Positions 39,850-53,199 of a stretch of DNA of 64,000 bases are shown here, piece by piece. How positions within the stretch are numbered: position 1 is the first letter of the stretch; every line of letters starts with the position of its first letter. Origin of the DNA: Isurus oxyrinchus (Eukaryota); contig JANJGN010000007.1 of NCBI GenBank assembly GCA_026770705.1, positions 63,240,001 through 63,304,000 on the forward strand, written 5' to 3'. A model generated the notes under the pieces. The model did no database searches. It had not been told where the DNA came from and was given only the letters and a program-made list of their open reading frames with translations. The position numbers and the translations under genes are program-made.

Positions 39850-42800
39850 TGTAATGATCATGGTTCTGATAAATGTAGGACTGTAGCTTTAAGAATAATC
39901 CTGTGTTTTAAGGTCACATGATTTGTGTAACCCAATGAGTTAGCAATGTGGGGAATCTCTAGGAGAGAGTTCTTCATTAGATATAGAGTTAGGTGCTGCT
40001 GTTGTCTTGTAAATAAAGTTTTATGTTTCCACCAAGAAAAGTTACCTCGAAAATCAACTCTATAACAAACTGGTAATGACAATAAATCACATCTGGTGCT
40101 GTCCCTCACCTAGCGATTGTGAGTATCTAAGAAAGGAAGCTATACTCATCTGAGATGCCACAGTTTTGCAGAATCGATCCCTTTGAGCCGGCCACAGAAC
40201 ATCTTGCGCTCTACTTTCAAGCCAACAAAATCAAGGGGGAGGAAAAGAGGAGAGTGATTCTCCTGAGTATTTGTGGGAGAAAAACCTACAGTTTAATTTG
40301 AAGTTTGATGGTCCCCAGTGCCCCTGAATTGAAGACATTCAGTGAATTAGTAGACCTCATTAAGGGATATTTCCAACCCAAGCCCTCAGTCACAATGCAG
40401 AGGTTCAGGTTCAATTCACAGAATAGAGCCCCAGGGGCGACCATTGCTATCTGCGTGGGAAAATTAAAAAAAACTGATGGAATTTTGTGACTTTGGTGAA
40501 ACCCTGAATGACTGCTCAGGGATCGTTTGGTCTGTGGCGTGCAAGAGGATGCTATTCAGTGAAGATTGCTGGCTGAAGTGGATCTTGATTTCAAGAAAGC
40601 ATTAGAAATAGTGCTTGCAATGGAAAGCGCCATAAGGGAATCAAAAGTGAATCTAGCGGTCAACAAAGGTGCGCAAAATGGCACCATTTTCCTAGTTGGG
40701 TGGGAATGGTCAGTCGAAAGCCACATAAAATGCCAGACTCTGCCACTAAGTGTGAAACAGCATCCCCCATACGAAAATTTAGAGGAAACAGCTCAGCAAC
40801 AAAGTCGAAAACTAATTTTTATTGACATGGAAACAATCATACTCCTAATGATTGGCAATGTTAAAAGGTGAAGTGTTCTTTTTGGCACAAAAGTGCACAC
40901 ACAATGAAACAGTGCAAAACAAGATTTAAACAGGCTTCCAGGCAACAAATGAAGTCCAATGAAGTATAGAGCATGGAAGAGCCAGAAACAACCAATTCTG
41001 GCATTTATTGCTTATTCAACATGAAAGTAGGGAAGACAGAACCAATTACTGTCACATTGCAAGTGAATAGTAAACCCTTAAAAATGGAAGTATGGGCTTG
41101 TGCTTCTACCACTATAGTAGGAGAACACACTTTCATATATTTAAATAAAAATGATCAACAATTAAATTTTGAACAAACTTCTACCAACTTGAAAATATAC
41201 ACAGGGGAAGAAATTCACGTAAAAGGTATCACCAAAATAACTGTTCATTATAGACACCAAAGAGCACAACTGCCAATGATGGTGGTAGAAGGTAATGGAT
41301 CAAGCCTTCTAGGTCATGATTGGTTGAAAGAGGTTACATTAAACTGGTCTGAAATCTTCCAGTTGCAAGCAGGGGGACTGCCAGAGCTACAAAAAAAAAT
41401 GACACCGTCTTCAAGGGTGAACTGTACAGGCCAAGATTTACGTGGACCTAGGAGCAACCCCTCACTTCTTGAAAGCAAGACTGGTGCCATACACCCTGAG
41501 AGAGAAGGTTGATGCTGAGTTGAACCAGCTAGAGAGCTGGGTGTCATAAAAACGGTTCAGTTCTCAGAATGGGCAGCACCCATAGTCCCTGTCCTTAAAC
41601 CAGATCAGACCGCCTGGATCTGTGGGGATTACAAACTAACAGTCAACAAGGCAGCCAAACTGGACAGGTACCCTATTCCCAGGAGGGACAACGTATACAA
41701 AGCTTGACATGAATCATGCATATCAGCAATTGAAACTGGATGATGCCTCCCATGAATTTGTGACCATAAACACCCACAAAGGGTTATATCAATACACACG
41801 CCTACCCATTGGTGTTTCTTCGGCCTGTGCCATTTTTCTGTGGACGATAGAGAGCTTACTACAAGGACTACCTCAAGTTATGGTCTGCCTGGACGATGTA
41901 CTGATAACTGGATTCACAGAAAAGGAACAATTGGATAAGCTAGATGAAGTCCCGAGATGATTTTTAGATGTTGGAGTGCGCCTAATAAAGCAAAAATGCA
42001 CTTTTCAGGCAAATTAAGTCATTTATTTGAGCCACCAGGCAGATGCCCAAGGGTTACACCCTGTTGAAGAAAAGGTTAAAGCAATCAGAGAGGCACCTGC
42101 ACCTAAGAATGTCTCTGAACTTAGATCATTTTTAGGGGTGGTAAATTATTATGGCCGATTTCTACCAAATTTATCAACGGTTCTAGCCCTTCTACATTCA
42201 CTGCTAAAGAAGAAACAATGTTGGGTTTGGAAGTCACTCCAAGAAGAGCCTTGGTAAAACAGCTCTTGCGCTCTTCAAATTTGTTAGTGCGCTATGACCC
42301 TACAAAAGAATTGGTGCTAACCTGCGATGCGTTCCCCCTATCTAATGGGAGCAGTACTATCTCACCAGATGGACAATGGTATACAGGGGCCAACAGCTGA
42401 AAAAGGATATTCTCAAATCAAAAAGGAAGGTCTGTCAATTATGTTTAGTGTAAAATATTCCACCACTACATGCATGGGTGACATTTCAGAATAGTAGCAG
42501 ACTACAAACCGCTTTTGAGCTTGTTTAGCGGGTAAAGGCTATCTCTCCCATAGCTTCTGCATGAATTCAAAGATGGCTCAAAGCATATAAATACACCTTT
42601 ACGCGTATGCCAGGGATTCATATAGCCAATGCCGATGCCTTCTTCTGCAAGAGAACAATGACCATGTCTCAATTCCCCAAGACCTTGTATTAGTGATGAA
42701 TTTCCTGGATTCCTCACCAGTCTGTGCCAGGCAGATAAGAAACTGGGTGAATTGATCCAGTCCTGTCTCGAATGTGAGACCAAGTGTTACATGATTGGTC

Positions 42801-45100
42801 CCAAGAACCAGCCTCTGATGAATTGAAGCCATTTTTCAACCAAAGGCACAAGATAAGCAGTCAAGATGGTATTCTATTATGGACGTATGAGCAATAGTTC
42901 CTTCACAATGAAGGGAGCCACTCTTAGTAGAGCTACACAGTGCACATTAGGAATCTCACAAATGAAGGCAATAGCGAAAAGTTATCTTTGGTGGCCCAGG
43001 ATGGATGGCGATATTGAGGAAGTGGTAAAACACAGGGCAGAATTTTGCCCTTGGTGGGCGTGTGGGCCCCACTGGCTCAGCGGTGGACGGACAGCCAAAC
43101 TCCACTGCTGAAACGGGGCCCGCCACCATTTTGAGTGGGTGGGCCAAATAAGGCCCGCCCAGCAGCCTATCTGACAGGAAGCGCTATGCGCTTCCTGTGC
43201 GGGGGGAGGGGCGAGGGAATCCCCAGCTGTCAAAGTGCGCTTTTTCGCATATGCGCACAAAAGAGCGCACTGCTCCCTGAGATTAAATGCTGGCTCAGGG
43301 AGATTAGTGACAGTGTACAAAACTTAAAAAATAAAAAAATAAAAATATTATTAACATGTCCCCCTCACGTGACAATGTTATACGAGTTGGGACATGTTAA
43401 TAAATATCAAATTACATTTATTAAAGTTTTTAAAAAGGAACATGAAATCTCATCCCACCAGTGGATGAGGTTTCATGTATTATCAGAAGCCCACTGGGGC
43501 TCCTGGCCTGCCTGCCAGCCTTAAGGTTGGACGGGTAGGCCTTTAATTACTTGAATTAGCCTATCAATGGCCTCAATTGGCCATTGACAGGTCGGCGGGC
43601 GGACAGCTGATTTCACTGTCCGCCCGCCTTCCTGAAAATTTAAAGGGACCAGGATGACATCGGGGGTTTCTCCCAACTTCATCCCGTGTCATTTTCCCAA
43701 CGGCGAGTGTGCCCCACCCCCAAATCATCGACAGGAAAATTCTGGCCACTATGTGCAATGCCAACAGCTACAAAATTTGCCAGTGGCAGCCCCATTACAC
43801 CATGGGAGTGGCCTGGTATACCGAGTAAGATTGCACATAGATTACGTTGGTCCTTTTCTTGAAACCATATTTCTACTGATTATAGAAGCTCATTCCAAGT
43901 GGTTAGACATTAATAAGGTCAAGTCACCAACATCAGGCACCACTATAGAAAGACTACACCAAAGCTTTGTTATTCGTGGATTGCCAGGAGTAATCATCTC
44001 AGATAATAGTATTGCGTTTTTGAGCGCCATTTCAAAGATTTGTCAGCCTAAATGATATCAACCACATGAAGACTGGCAGAAAGAGCAGTATAAACTTTTA
44101 AGGCGGGAATGAAAAAGTTAACAGGTGAATCGTTAGAAATTAAACTTGCTTGTTTCCTATTGCACTATGAAACAGCCCCCCACACTACGATAGGTGCAAC
44201 ACCCGCAGAATTACCGATGAGGCACCGTCTTTGAACAAGACTAAGCCTGATACTTCCCAATTTGTGGGTGGTGGTGGTGGTGGGGTGGGGGCGGGGGGGG
44301 GGGGGCGCGAGAGGTGGAATGGTGAAGGAAAGTCAAGGGAACCAAAAAGAGACTTGTGATTTGCATAGTCGTGAGCAACGATTTACTGTTGCAGAAGCAG
44401 TATACATAAGGAATTTCGGTGGAGGATCTAAGTGGTTACCTGGTAAAGTAAGCCCTGTGACCGGGTCATTGTCGTACCACATGGAAGTTGAGGGCTGGAT
44501 CACCTGTAAGCATGGGGATCATTTAAGAATGGAAATGCCCCAACAAAATGATGTTCCACGTGTAATCATTGCTGAACCTATGTTTCCTGTTGAAGTTGCT
44601 TAACCAAGGATAGACATGACCAATGTCTCTGTCAGAGTGGAAGACACTGAACTGCCTGTGCCTAATGAGGTACCTCATGTTAATGCGATTCCAGAGAATG
44701 TGGATCCTGCAAAAGAATCTGAAGTCGTGGAGCAATGATGTTTCACATGGATCAGGAAACCACCTGAAAGACTGAACTTGTAATTTCATGACCTGTGTAA
44801 ATATGGTAAAGTCATGCGATAAATATCCTTGTAAATACAAAAAGTACAGAAAAGTTAAAAGAGGAGGAATATAGTAATTATAATCCTGATAAACATAGGA
44901 ACTGTAACTTTAAGAATAATCCTGTTGTAAGATCTCATGATCTGTGTAAACCAAAAAGCGAGCAGCTTGGGGAACCTCTAGGAGGGAGTTTTTCTTTAGT
45001 TATAGGGTTAGATGCATTCATGTAGTTGCTGCTGCTGTCTTGTAAATAAAGTTCTATGTTTCCACCAAGAAAAGTTGCCTGGAAAATCAACTCCATAACA
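39850..45100 (+). mobile_element. Ty3/Gypsy LTR retrotransposon, full length and decayed
   Basis: LTRs 39850-40067 and about 44870-45100; PBS-like TGG after the 5' LTR; PPT AAAAGAGGAGGA; TSD CCCAA/CTCAA; gag, protease (SLLGHDW), RT (YQYTRLPIG, CLDD), RNase H (LTCDA), integrase (LWWPRMD, RLHIDYVGP, IISDN) in Gypsy order. Confidence 0.95.
43035..43747. mobile_element. Harbinger-type MITE inserted in the Gypsy integrase zinc finger
   Basis: TIR GGGCAGAATTTT / AAAATTCTGGCC; splits EVVKH|YVQCQQ; flanks ACA/ACT; CpG-rich, so probably younger. Confidence 0.88.
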
Positions 45101-46659
45101 CTCAATTTGCCATCATAACTGTAATGGAGGAGGCAGCAATGAACATTGGGAGGGTGGTGTTGTATGAGAGAAAGGGCAATGGAGAGATGGCGGTTCCTGT
45201 CGGAAAGGGTGAAAAGATTTTGAAATCTGTCGATGAAGGGGATGGAGTACACTCCTCCCCTACTGACAACATGACAAAACTTCAGTTTCATTAGGAAACC
45301 TCAGCTCTGTAGAGGCAAATGCTGCCACAGGCGAGTTCTCATGATCTCCATCTTAAATCTGCTACAGGGTCACAGTGCCACAGTGAAATCACCAGGGTCC
45401 ACGGAAAAGATGGAAACCACAGACCCAGCACCATCACTTCATTCAAGCACACACTCCACCAGCGCAGATACATTCACATAAATGGGTTCCCCACTGATGG
45501 CACAATAATGCATGAATTGGACGCCATTAATGTCCCAGCTAATGGTCCCCTCTCGCAATCCAGAGTGCCACCCATGGGCTGAGGGTGCCATCACTCACAG
45601 GGCACCATTACCATCATTGGCCTCCTTGGGCCCTGACTGAGCAACCATCTATGCAGCAGGTCCCCGTTATGGACCCTGCCCCTGTACTGCCACAGCCTGT
45701 GGAGATATGCAAACTGGCACCTCCATGATGAGGATGAATGCCATGGGCATCACAGCCATAATAAAACACACATGAGCAGGCTGCATCCACCTTATCCAAG
45801 GCCACAAGGGGAGCACCACATAGATGCCGCCCCATCGCCTTATCTGAAACTTGCAGCCACCAGCACAGGCACGGAACTTCACTGACCTTGGAGGTTAGCA
45901 GAATTGGTACCATAAACTTTACTGAGTTGCCATCAGAGGGCCTGTCCCTTAAAACAACCATATGGGTCATATTTTGCTATTTCATGCTTCTTTATGAAAA
46001 GTGGATAGCACACGTATTGCCGGGGCCTGTGTTTTCCAAATTTGGAATCCTGGGGCAAGATTTCCCATTTTGCATCAGAACCCCACCATCAGGACTCCAA
46101 TATCAGGGTTAAATGCAAATCCCAACTCTGCATCATGTCAGGAGCAGTCACCCTACATCGATTTTGCCTGGACTGGTCAATTAGTGACCAAAGAGTGGAC
46201 ATGCTGACCAATTAAGGCCTTTGGGCAGGCTCTCGAAGCTGGAGGGCCATTGGGAGACTCTCCAGCACCGAACAAGCTGCACCCTGCAATTGCAGGTAGA
46301 AGAGGGAGAGGGCACCTCCAGTTGTTGCGCTCTCTCAGCACTTTTAAAACATTTAAGTTAAAAAATGGCCACAGCTACTAGACCACCATTTTGGAGGAGA
46401 ATCGCCCAGCAAGCAGACATTAGGGCCTCAAAGTGATCCTGAAGCACTTCCCCTCACCCCCCATCGACTCCTGCACCTCAACCTGCACTGCCTGCCTTGA
46501 GGGAGCAAGATAGTCAAATACCCATTCATCAGAAGTTCTAGTTTAGAACAACAGTTTACAATTTATATGGCATTAATGATATATATGTTGAATGAATATC
46601 GAGAACATGTTTATAAGTGTAACATATTTAAAATAATAATAATGAATTAGATGTTTCAC

Positions 46660-47540
46660 CTGGTAAAAGCCAAACTGATTTACTTGAAACTGTGGATAAT
46701 ATTGAACAAGACTCAGATTTTATATTATTAAAGTATTTTCTGCACTCTCTTCATAAAAATACTGGTGACTTTTTTAAAAGCACGATTGTATTATATAAAT
46801 CTTTGAAATGGCTTCTTTTGCTACCTAAAATTAGCCTTTCATTCTGAGATTTATGCTTTCCTTCAGAATTTTGTTTTAGTTGTCAACATCAACTATTTGC
46901 TGGCAGACCCTCGCACACTGCTCATTTTCATTGGTCAGCATGCTTCTTGCTGCTGAATAAGTTGATAAATCTGAATAATTTCAATCAATATTTGATTGCG
47001 AGTTTAATTTATTGCTGATGAGATCAGACTTCATGACCAAATGTTGGTGCACCAAATACATAAAGTAACATTCTTTCAGTAGTTCAATTGCTTTCAGTCC
47101 AATAGTCCAAGACCACCAGCTTTCAGCATCTTTCACTATGAGGATATGTAATAATCCACAGCACAATCTTTGATGAAGATATCTATTTTCCGATATAGGA
47201 TAAGCTGCGAACAATATTTTTCACTGAATTTGCAACTTGATCTTGCATGGAAGTGTTTCTACAGTGTTTGTCTGAAATTAATTGGCTGAAGATTGTGTGG
47301 CTTACAGCAACTTGAATCCCTATTTACAAATAAAACTAAAATCTTCAAATTGGATTGGAAATATTCTGTTGGGAGGTAAATAAATGAGGCCAATTTTTCA
47401 GGCCTCAGTAAGTTTTCCATCTGTTTTCACACAGACAGAAAACTCCATTCTGAATGAAGGTCTTGGGCTTCGGCTTAAATTTCACTAACATTTCTGTTGA
47501 TCTAAATCACCATCCTATGTGAAGCTGATCAGGAATAGCC
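46660..47540 (-). pseudogene. Large pseudo-exon (5' boundary approximate)
   Basis: Donor CAG/GTGAAA at 46659; KQMENLLRPEKLASFIYLPTEYFQSNLKILVLF..., VKDAESWWSWTIGLKAIELLKECY..., ARVCQQIVDVDN*NKILKESINLRMKG*F*VAKEAISKIY. Confidence 0.65.
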
Positions 47541-47714
47541 TTACAGGGTTCCAACATTAGCAATTTAACAGATTTTAAAAATCACGTCTCATTTACCTTT
47601 AACTCAACAGTATCACACATTATGATACACAGTATCTACATATATGAGAGAGAGAGAGCGATTTCCAATCATTTTAAACAAGATCGAAAAACTACATGTT
47701 TGTAACACAATTTT

Positions 47715-47931
47715 ACATGAATGTATGCAATTTTCACACCTTCCTCCACCTGCATAAAACTTAAGGGATAAACCAATAAACCAATGTCAGGAGCATAGTT
47801 TGCTGTGTTTTGGATTTTATGGTGCAAACCATCACAGTACTACAGTGCCAATACATTTACAGGAATAACGACATATTTTAAAGTGACTGTAAAATGCTGT
47901 TTAAGAAAGTCTTAAAAGTGTGCACATCAAA
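47715..47931 (-). repeat. Diverged duplicate of pseudo-exon 51805-52018
   Basis: Shared blocks ACATGAATG, CCAATGTCAGGA(G/A)CAT(A/G)GTTTG(C/T)TGTGTTTT and AAAGTGTGCA with 51819-52039. Confidence 0.75.
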
Positions 47932-48342
47932 TTTTGTTTTTTCGCATAAAACTGGTAAGAGGTATGTCAGGCGAGAGTAATGATCATCTAGAGGAATCAA
48001 TGGGCAATCTAACCCATTTTCTAAGTTATCTCTCACTTGCAAATGGTGAGTGAGTTGCCAACACCAAACCTGCTTTCCATAGGCAGCTTGCTGATTTTAG
48101 AGATTGCAAATCAAGTATGACTGCATGTTCTTAAGGGCCTACAGCAAATAAAAGGGTTCTGAGGGGAAAAAAACAGTAAAGCAACACTGTTGAGCTTTCT
48201 GACAGGAAGAAGTGTTCCACTAGGGCCTCAACATTTTTAGTTACTGTCATGGAGATGCATGAGGAGCAAGCTCACAAGGGGAAGAAGTTATTTTTTCTTT
48301 TGATGGCAGAAAGCAAGACAAGTTGGTGAACAAGCAGGCCAA

Positions 48343-51300
48343 GGGTGGAATCGTCCGTACCCACTGGCGTCAGGTGTGTTCACTGGCCTCAGCAGACAAT
48401 ATGGCGAGAAGGCCAAAAATCGGTTTCACAACATTGTCGGGAACCTTGCTGTAATATATTGATATAGGCCAGTCCACCAGAATCATATCACCCCAGCCCG
48501 GCTGGATTGTCCATCTAAGTTGGCATGATTGCATGCCGATTTATTTTACAACATCATAAAAGAGGCATGCACTTGGCAGGCTGCACTTTGAGGGGAACTC
48601 AGAGATGAGTACACCTTAACATTGTGGAACACACAGCCTCTTGAGTTTCAAGGTTAAGATGCGTTGTGGGGCGAGGGGGTGGGGGAGGCAAGGGCTGCCC
48701 TGTGGCTGAGGTTCATTGGGGAGGGGGGGGGGTGCGGTGCAAGGGCTGCCGGGTGCTTGAGACAAGTTGGTGGGGGGGGTGGGCAAAGGCTGCCCTGTGG
48801 TCGAAGTGCATTGGAGGAGGGGAAGGGGGGAGGGGGGCCAAGGGCAGCTCTGCAGTTGAGGGTGTTGGAGACGGGGGGGGATCAAGAGCTGCCCTGAGGC
48901 AAGTAGAGGTGGGGGGCAAATGGTGCCCTGTGGCTGAGGGCATGGGGGGGTTGAGGGGACAAGGACTGCCCTGTGGTTGAGGCACGTTGGTAGGGGTGGC
49001 CAAGGGAAGTGGCCACGTATTAAGGAAACTTTGCATAAAGTTATCATTCCTCTGCAGCTGAGAGAGTTCAGGCACAGCCACACTGATATGATTGGAGTCA
49101 GGCCTCTAGCTTGCCTGTCCACACAAGCAACGCAGAGGCAAAGTGCCACCAAGTGCTCCAGAGCTTTTCACCCCTTGGGCACAGACTGCAAAGTAATGAG
49201 CGTTTTAGAACAGCTGGACAACTGGACACATTGTGCAATCTCCTTGCTAAAGCTGGGCCATGGAGCATGGTGGAGGTGCTCACAGTCCCTTGCAATGTCA
49301 TCATCCCGGTTTGGACCAGTCTTCACTATGGTTCAAGCTAACATGGCAGCCTTGCAGTGCAGGTTAGGAGAATAACTGCACTTGAGCTGACAGCACAGCA
49401 TGCAGTCCAATGGGCAAAGCTGCCACCAATTGGTCAGGAGGAGGTGGGTGGGGTTTCGGGCAATTATCCAACACACTAATCTCTGGCCATCCAAGACGTG
49501 GCCAGCACTGTCCGGGATGTGATAAGGGGCCTTCAGTCTTAACCAACACAGGTTCTTAGTGCACCCAAGCTAACCCATGCATCTCCCTCTTTCATCCTTC
49601 AGGAGGAATACATCAGGGTCCTGGAGGCTGGTGAACTAGCTGTATGCCTTGTGGTGTAAGAGAGTGAAGATGACTGAGAAGAGAGTGACTGAGATGCCCG
49701 GCTATGCAGAGGGAGAAGCAGCATCCTCAGGTAGAAGGGGTGGTTGGGATTCCCGCACATGCCACTGAAGAGCCACAGCAAGCAGTCTCTGGTTGGCACC
49801 TAGCTAGACCCAGGGTCTATAGATGCCGCCTTTAATTTGTTCAGTCAAGAATCAGTGTTACTGAAGACCGCACTTGTCTAGGGAACTGGTCGGTCTCATC
49901 TGCTAGCTACTGCAGGATTTAGCACCACGGGGACATGGAGGGCATCCACTGCCAGTGGCCATGAAAGTAATCGCAGCACCCAATTTCTACACCAGTGGCT
50001 CCTTTCAGGGCTCCACAAGTGACCTCTGTGGGATATCGCAAGCCTCCACCCACAAATGCATCCATGAGGTCACGGATGCCATCTTCGCAAGGGAACACAT
50101 CTTTGTGCATTTCGCCCGGGGACATGACAGCCAGCATGCCAGAGTGATTGGATTTGCCCAGATCTCAGATTTCCCACAGGTGCAGGGTGAGATCGACTGC
50201 ACTTATGTGGCGCTTAGATCTCCATTGTAACACATGGTCAACTATGTCAACTGCAAGGGATTTCATTCGCTGAACGTGCAGCTGGCGTGTGACCACCAGA
50301 AATGCAACCTGCAGGTCTGCGCACAGTTTCAAGAGCGTGTCCATGACTCTACATTTTCAGTCGGTCACAGGTCCCTGAAGTCTTCCATGGTCCACAGAAG
50401 CTGCACGGATGGTTCCTTCGGGACAGGGGCCACCCGCAGAGGTGCATGGCAGTGGCCTGTGAAACAGGACACATGAGTCACAGCATGGTTGTCTGATGGA
50501 TGTTGCACTGCTGGATTCACACCTGGTAAAGCACCGCTGACCTCTCAGTCAGCACAGGAACAGTCCAGATTATCACTGGCCAGCTGGATGGCTCCGTTTT
50601 CAAAGTCTGTTAGGACCTTGATTTCAGGCATTCCTCCACCGGTCTGTGACCTCTCCCTCTTGTTGTGTGCCAGCTTGTCCTGCATGAATAGAGATGGAGA
50701 GAGTCTAAGCAGGACACCTGCCAGACCAGATGATAAGTATGCCTGGCCTGCGTGGGTGGTAAGTGATCCTATGGACAAGATGAGGACAATGAAGTTGTGT
50801 GTGAGAGAGTGAATGGTGATGTCCCTTGAACCAGTGAGTGACTGAAGGCCCTGTGAATGTGTGATGGGTTTGAGAGTGTGTGAGTCGAGAGTAATGGGAA
50901 GAGTGACTTACCCTGGCTGAATGGAGGAGATCATTCACCCTCTTGCAGCACTTGGTGGCTGTCCTCTTTCGAAGGGATTTGGCATTGACCACTTGTCTCC
51001 CAAGTCAGATTAGAGAGGTTGCTGCCTGTCCTGCAGCCAAAACAGGGGTAGAGGGCATCGCAGCAAGCCTCTGCTGTGTGCAAGAGGCATTTGAGGAATG
51101 AGTCATTGAATCTGGGGGCTGCAGTCTTTTTGCCTTTCAGGGCCATGTCTTCTTTGCAGTTTCGTGGGCTGGAAGCACTGAGATATGTGCGCATGGCTGG
51201 ACTTTAAATATGGCGTCCGACGTGAAACGATGAGGTAATGGCGTGGGGGTTGGGGGGGGAGAATGAGACCTCGTCGCTATTGAAACAATGTGTTTTGCGG

Positions 51301-51419
51301 GAACGCATAACTAATGTGGCGGGTTTGGGGTGTGAAAAGCCACCATTGCGACCGGCGGGTAAAATATCATTTTACCCGCCCACTACTGCACTTAGTGCAA
51401 ACCTGGGATGATTCCACCC
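48343..51419 (-). mobile_element. Harbinger/PIF element 2 with internal deletion: Myb (-) and transposase (+)
   Basis: TIRs GGGTGGAATCGTCC / GGATGATTCCACCC, TSD CAA; Myb ATG 51146, exon 1 to 50912, exon 2 from 50679; transposase about 49601-50460 (NFYTSGSFQ, FPQVQGEIDCTYV, NCKGFHSLNVQLACD, HDS). Confidence 0.93.
48664..49000 (+). repeat. G-rich minisatellite (AAGGGCTGCCCTGTGGCTGAGG plus G run)
   Basis: About seven or eight diverged units of roughly 40-50 bp. Confidence 0.8.
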
Positions 51420-51804
51420 CAAGAGTTGAATACAAGATGCGATTATGAACAGAGTTTTCTCCAAGACTGGACTTAGTGTAGAAAGAAATTAAAAATCTCA
51501 AGTGTGCCAGTGTGCCAAGGTAAGACTCACCTTCATAACTCTCATTCTTGTTGCACAGTCCTTCAAGATTCCACCATGACCTCTCCTAATCAATCATTTT
51601 TTTCTCTGCTTCTCACGGTTCTGTAGGTCAGCAGGGACTTAACTGCATCTATTTTCTTCTTTCTCTCAAAAGTTGCTACTTTTCTCACAACAGCTAGTCC
51701 CTCTTGAACACACTAACCACTGTTTTCCTGTCAGCAAGCACAGAAAGGTTAGCCTGATCATACATAACAAAGGTTGGAAGGCCTTGCCAAGGACACATAT
51801 TTAC

Positions 51805-52018
51805 CTGTTTATAAATAGACATGAATGAATGTAGTTTTCACAAAATTCCACCCCACATAATACTTAGAGATAGTCCAATGTCAGGAACATGGTTTGTTGT
51901 GTTTTTCAATTTTATAATATATCATCATAATCCCATGTTGTCAATACACTTAGAAATAATTACATTTTTTAAAGATGACTATAAAATGTTATTCTTATGA
52001 AATATATTTTACAAAGAA
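51805..52018 (-). pseudogene. 214-nt pseudo-exon, phase 1-2
   Basis: Acceptor cactttcAG, donor CAG/GTAAAT; LCKIYFIRITFYSHL*KM*LFLSVLTTWDYDDIL*N*KTQQTMFLTLDYL*VLCGVEFCENYIHSCLF. Confidence 0.6.
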
Positions 52019-52039
52019 CTGAAAGTGTGCATGTCAGAC

Positions 52040-52980
52040 CTTTCCAGACTGGCACCACCTCATGCCCCGTCATCTTGAGCTCATTCAAAACTCCACTGTC
52101 CATATCCAAACCCACACCTAGTCCCATTCACCCATCACAGCTATGCCTTCTGACCTATATTGGCTCCCAGTCCAAGAATGCCTCTCACTATCTAACCTTC
52201 TCCAGCCATGGACTGCCCTCCAAGATTACTGCATTCCTCAAATTCTGGTTCATAATCACATTCCTGATATTCTTCACCATTGGCAGCCATGTCTTTACTA
52301 CCTAGGCCAAACTCTGGAATTTCCTCCCTAAACCTCTTGCTGCTCCTTCAAGACTCACCTTAAAATCTAGCTCTTTGATCAAGCTTTTGACCATTTGTTC
52401 TAATATCTCCTCACACGGCTTTGTGTTAAAGTTTGTTAATTGCTTATATGAAGCACCTTGGCACGTTTTAATGTGTTAATGGCGCTATATATGTGCATGC
52501 TGTTTTGTTGTTGCTTCCACTATTCTTGCAGCAGAAGCTTACAGTCAACAAGACAGAGGCAACCCGCATAGGAAGAGGCCCTGTCACAAAGCCAAGCATT
52601 TTATTGCCCATTCCTAATTGCTGAATAGGTAGTAGACATTCTTACTGATAATGGTTTGATAGAACTTAGTTGCAAGGGTGTTAGACACAACGGTGTTACT
52701 GTGGGATTGGAGTCACATATGGCCCAGGTTTCCTTCCCAAAAAGACATTTGCGAATTAGTTGGGTTTTTAAATAGTAATCTGGCAGTTTCACGGTCACTT
52801 TTTTGACACAATTTGCATCTATATAGTGTATTTAATGTAGCAAAACATCCCAAGTGCTTCACTGGAGCATTACAAGCAAAATTTGACACCGAACCATATT
52901 AGGAGATATAAGGATAGATGATAAGAGGTAGGATTTAAGGAACATCTTAAAGGAAAGAGAGGTGGAGAGGCTTAGCAGGG
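52040..52980. mobile_element. Cluster: L2 3' end (+, 52040-52510), tRNA-SINE fragment (-, 52595-52800), L2 tail (-, 52810-52980)
   Basis: DLYWLPV (cf. LHWLPV) and CTCTGGAATTTCCTCCCT L2 motifs; SINE tail TTTATTGCCCATTCCTAATTGC. Confidence 0.75.
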
Positions 52981-53199
52981 TAAAACAAGATTGTTATTCC
53001 TCGATTTCTTTAAAATAGATTTAAATCCTTAAACTCTGGGCAAGCAGCTTGTAGAAACATTAGAGCAATTAAAAGGTAGCATACGGAGGTCACAGTGCAG
53101 TGGCAAACTGTGTGAAAGCCTTTCTATAAGCCATGAAAATTCCATTTGAAAATGGAGTATTCCTCTAAAATCTGATTATCTTGCAATATAAGGAGTCAT

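Larger units (their letters stand above)
39100..45900 (+). mobile_element. Old Harbinger Myb-gene remnant interrupted by the Gypsy element
   Basis: HKRFNGFLRS near 39500; cttgcAG-EVHSARERACTVAGMPQ, then after the Gypsy FAIITVMEEAAMNIG (cf. DKLAHNKRERSQTGGGMPEIKVLTDFENGAIQLA); outer boundaries uncertain. Confidence 0.65.

Noticed and set aside
48664-49000. CRISPR-like repeat-spacer array
   Set aside because: Eukaryotic context, degenerate units, G-run spacers and no cas genes; it is a minisatellite.
49601-50460. Domesticated HARBI1 gene
   Set aside because: Has stops, frameshifts and a truncation, and lies between TIRs with a TSD.
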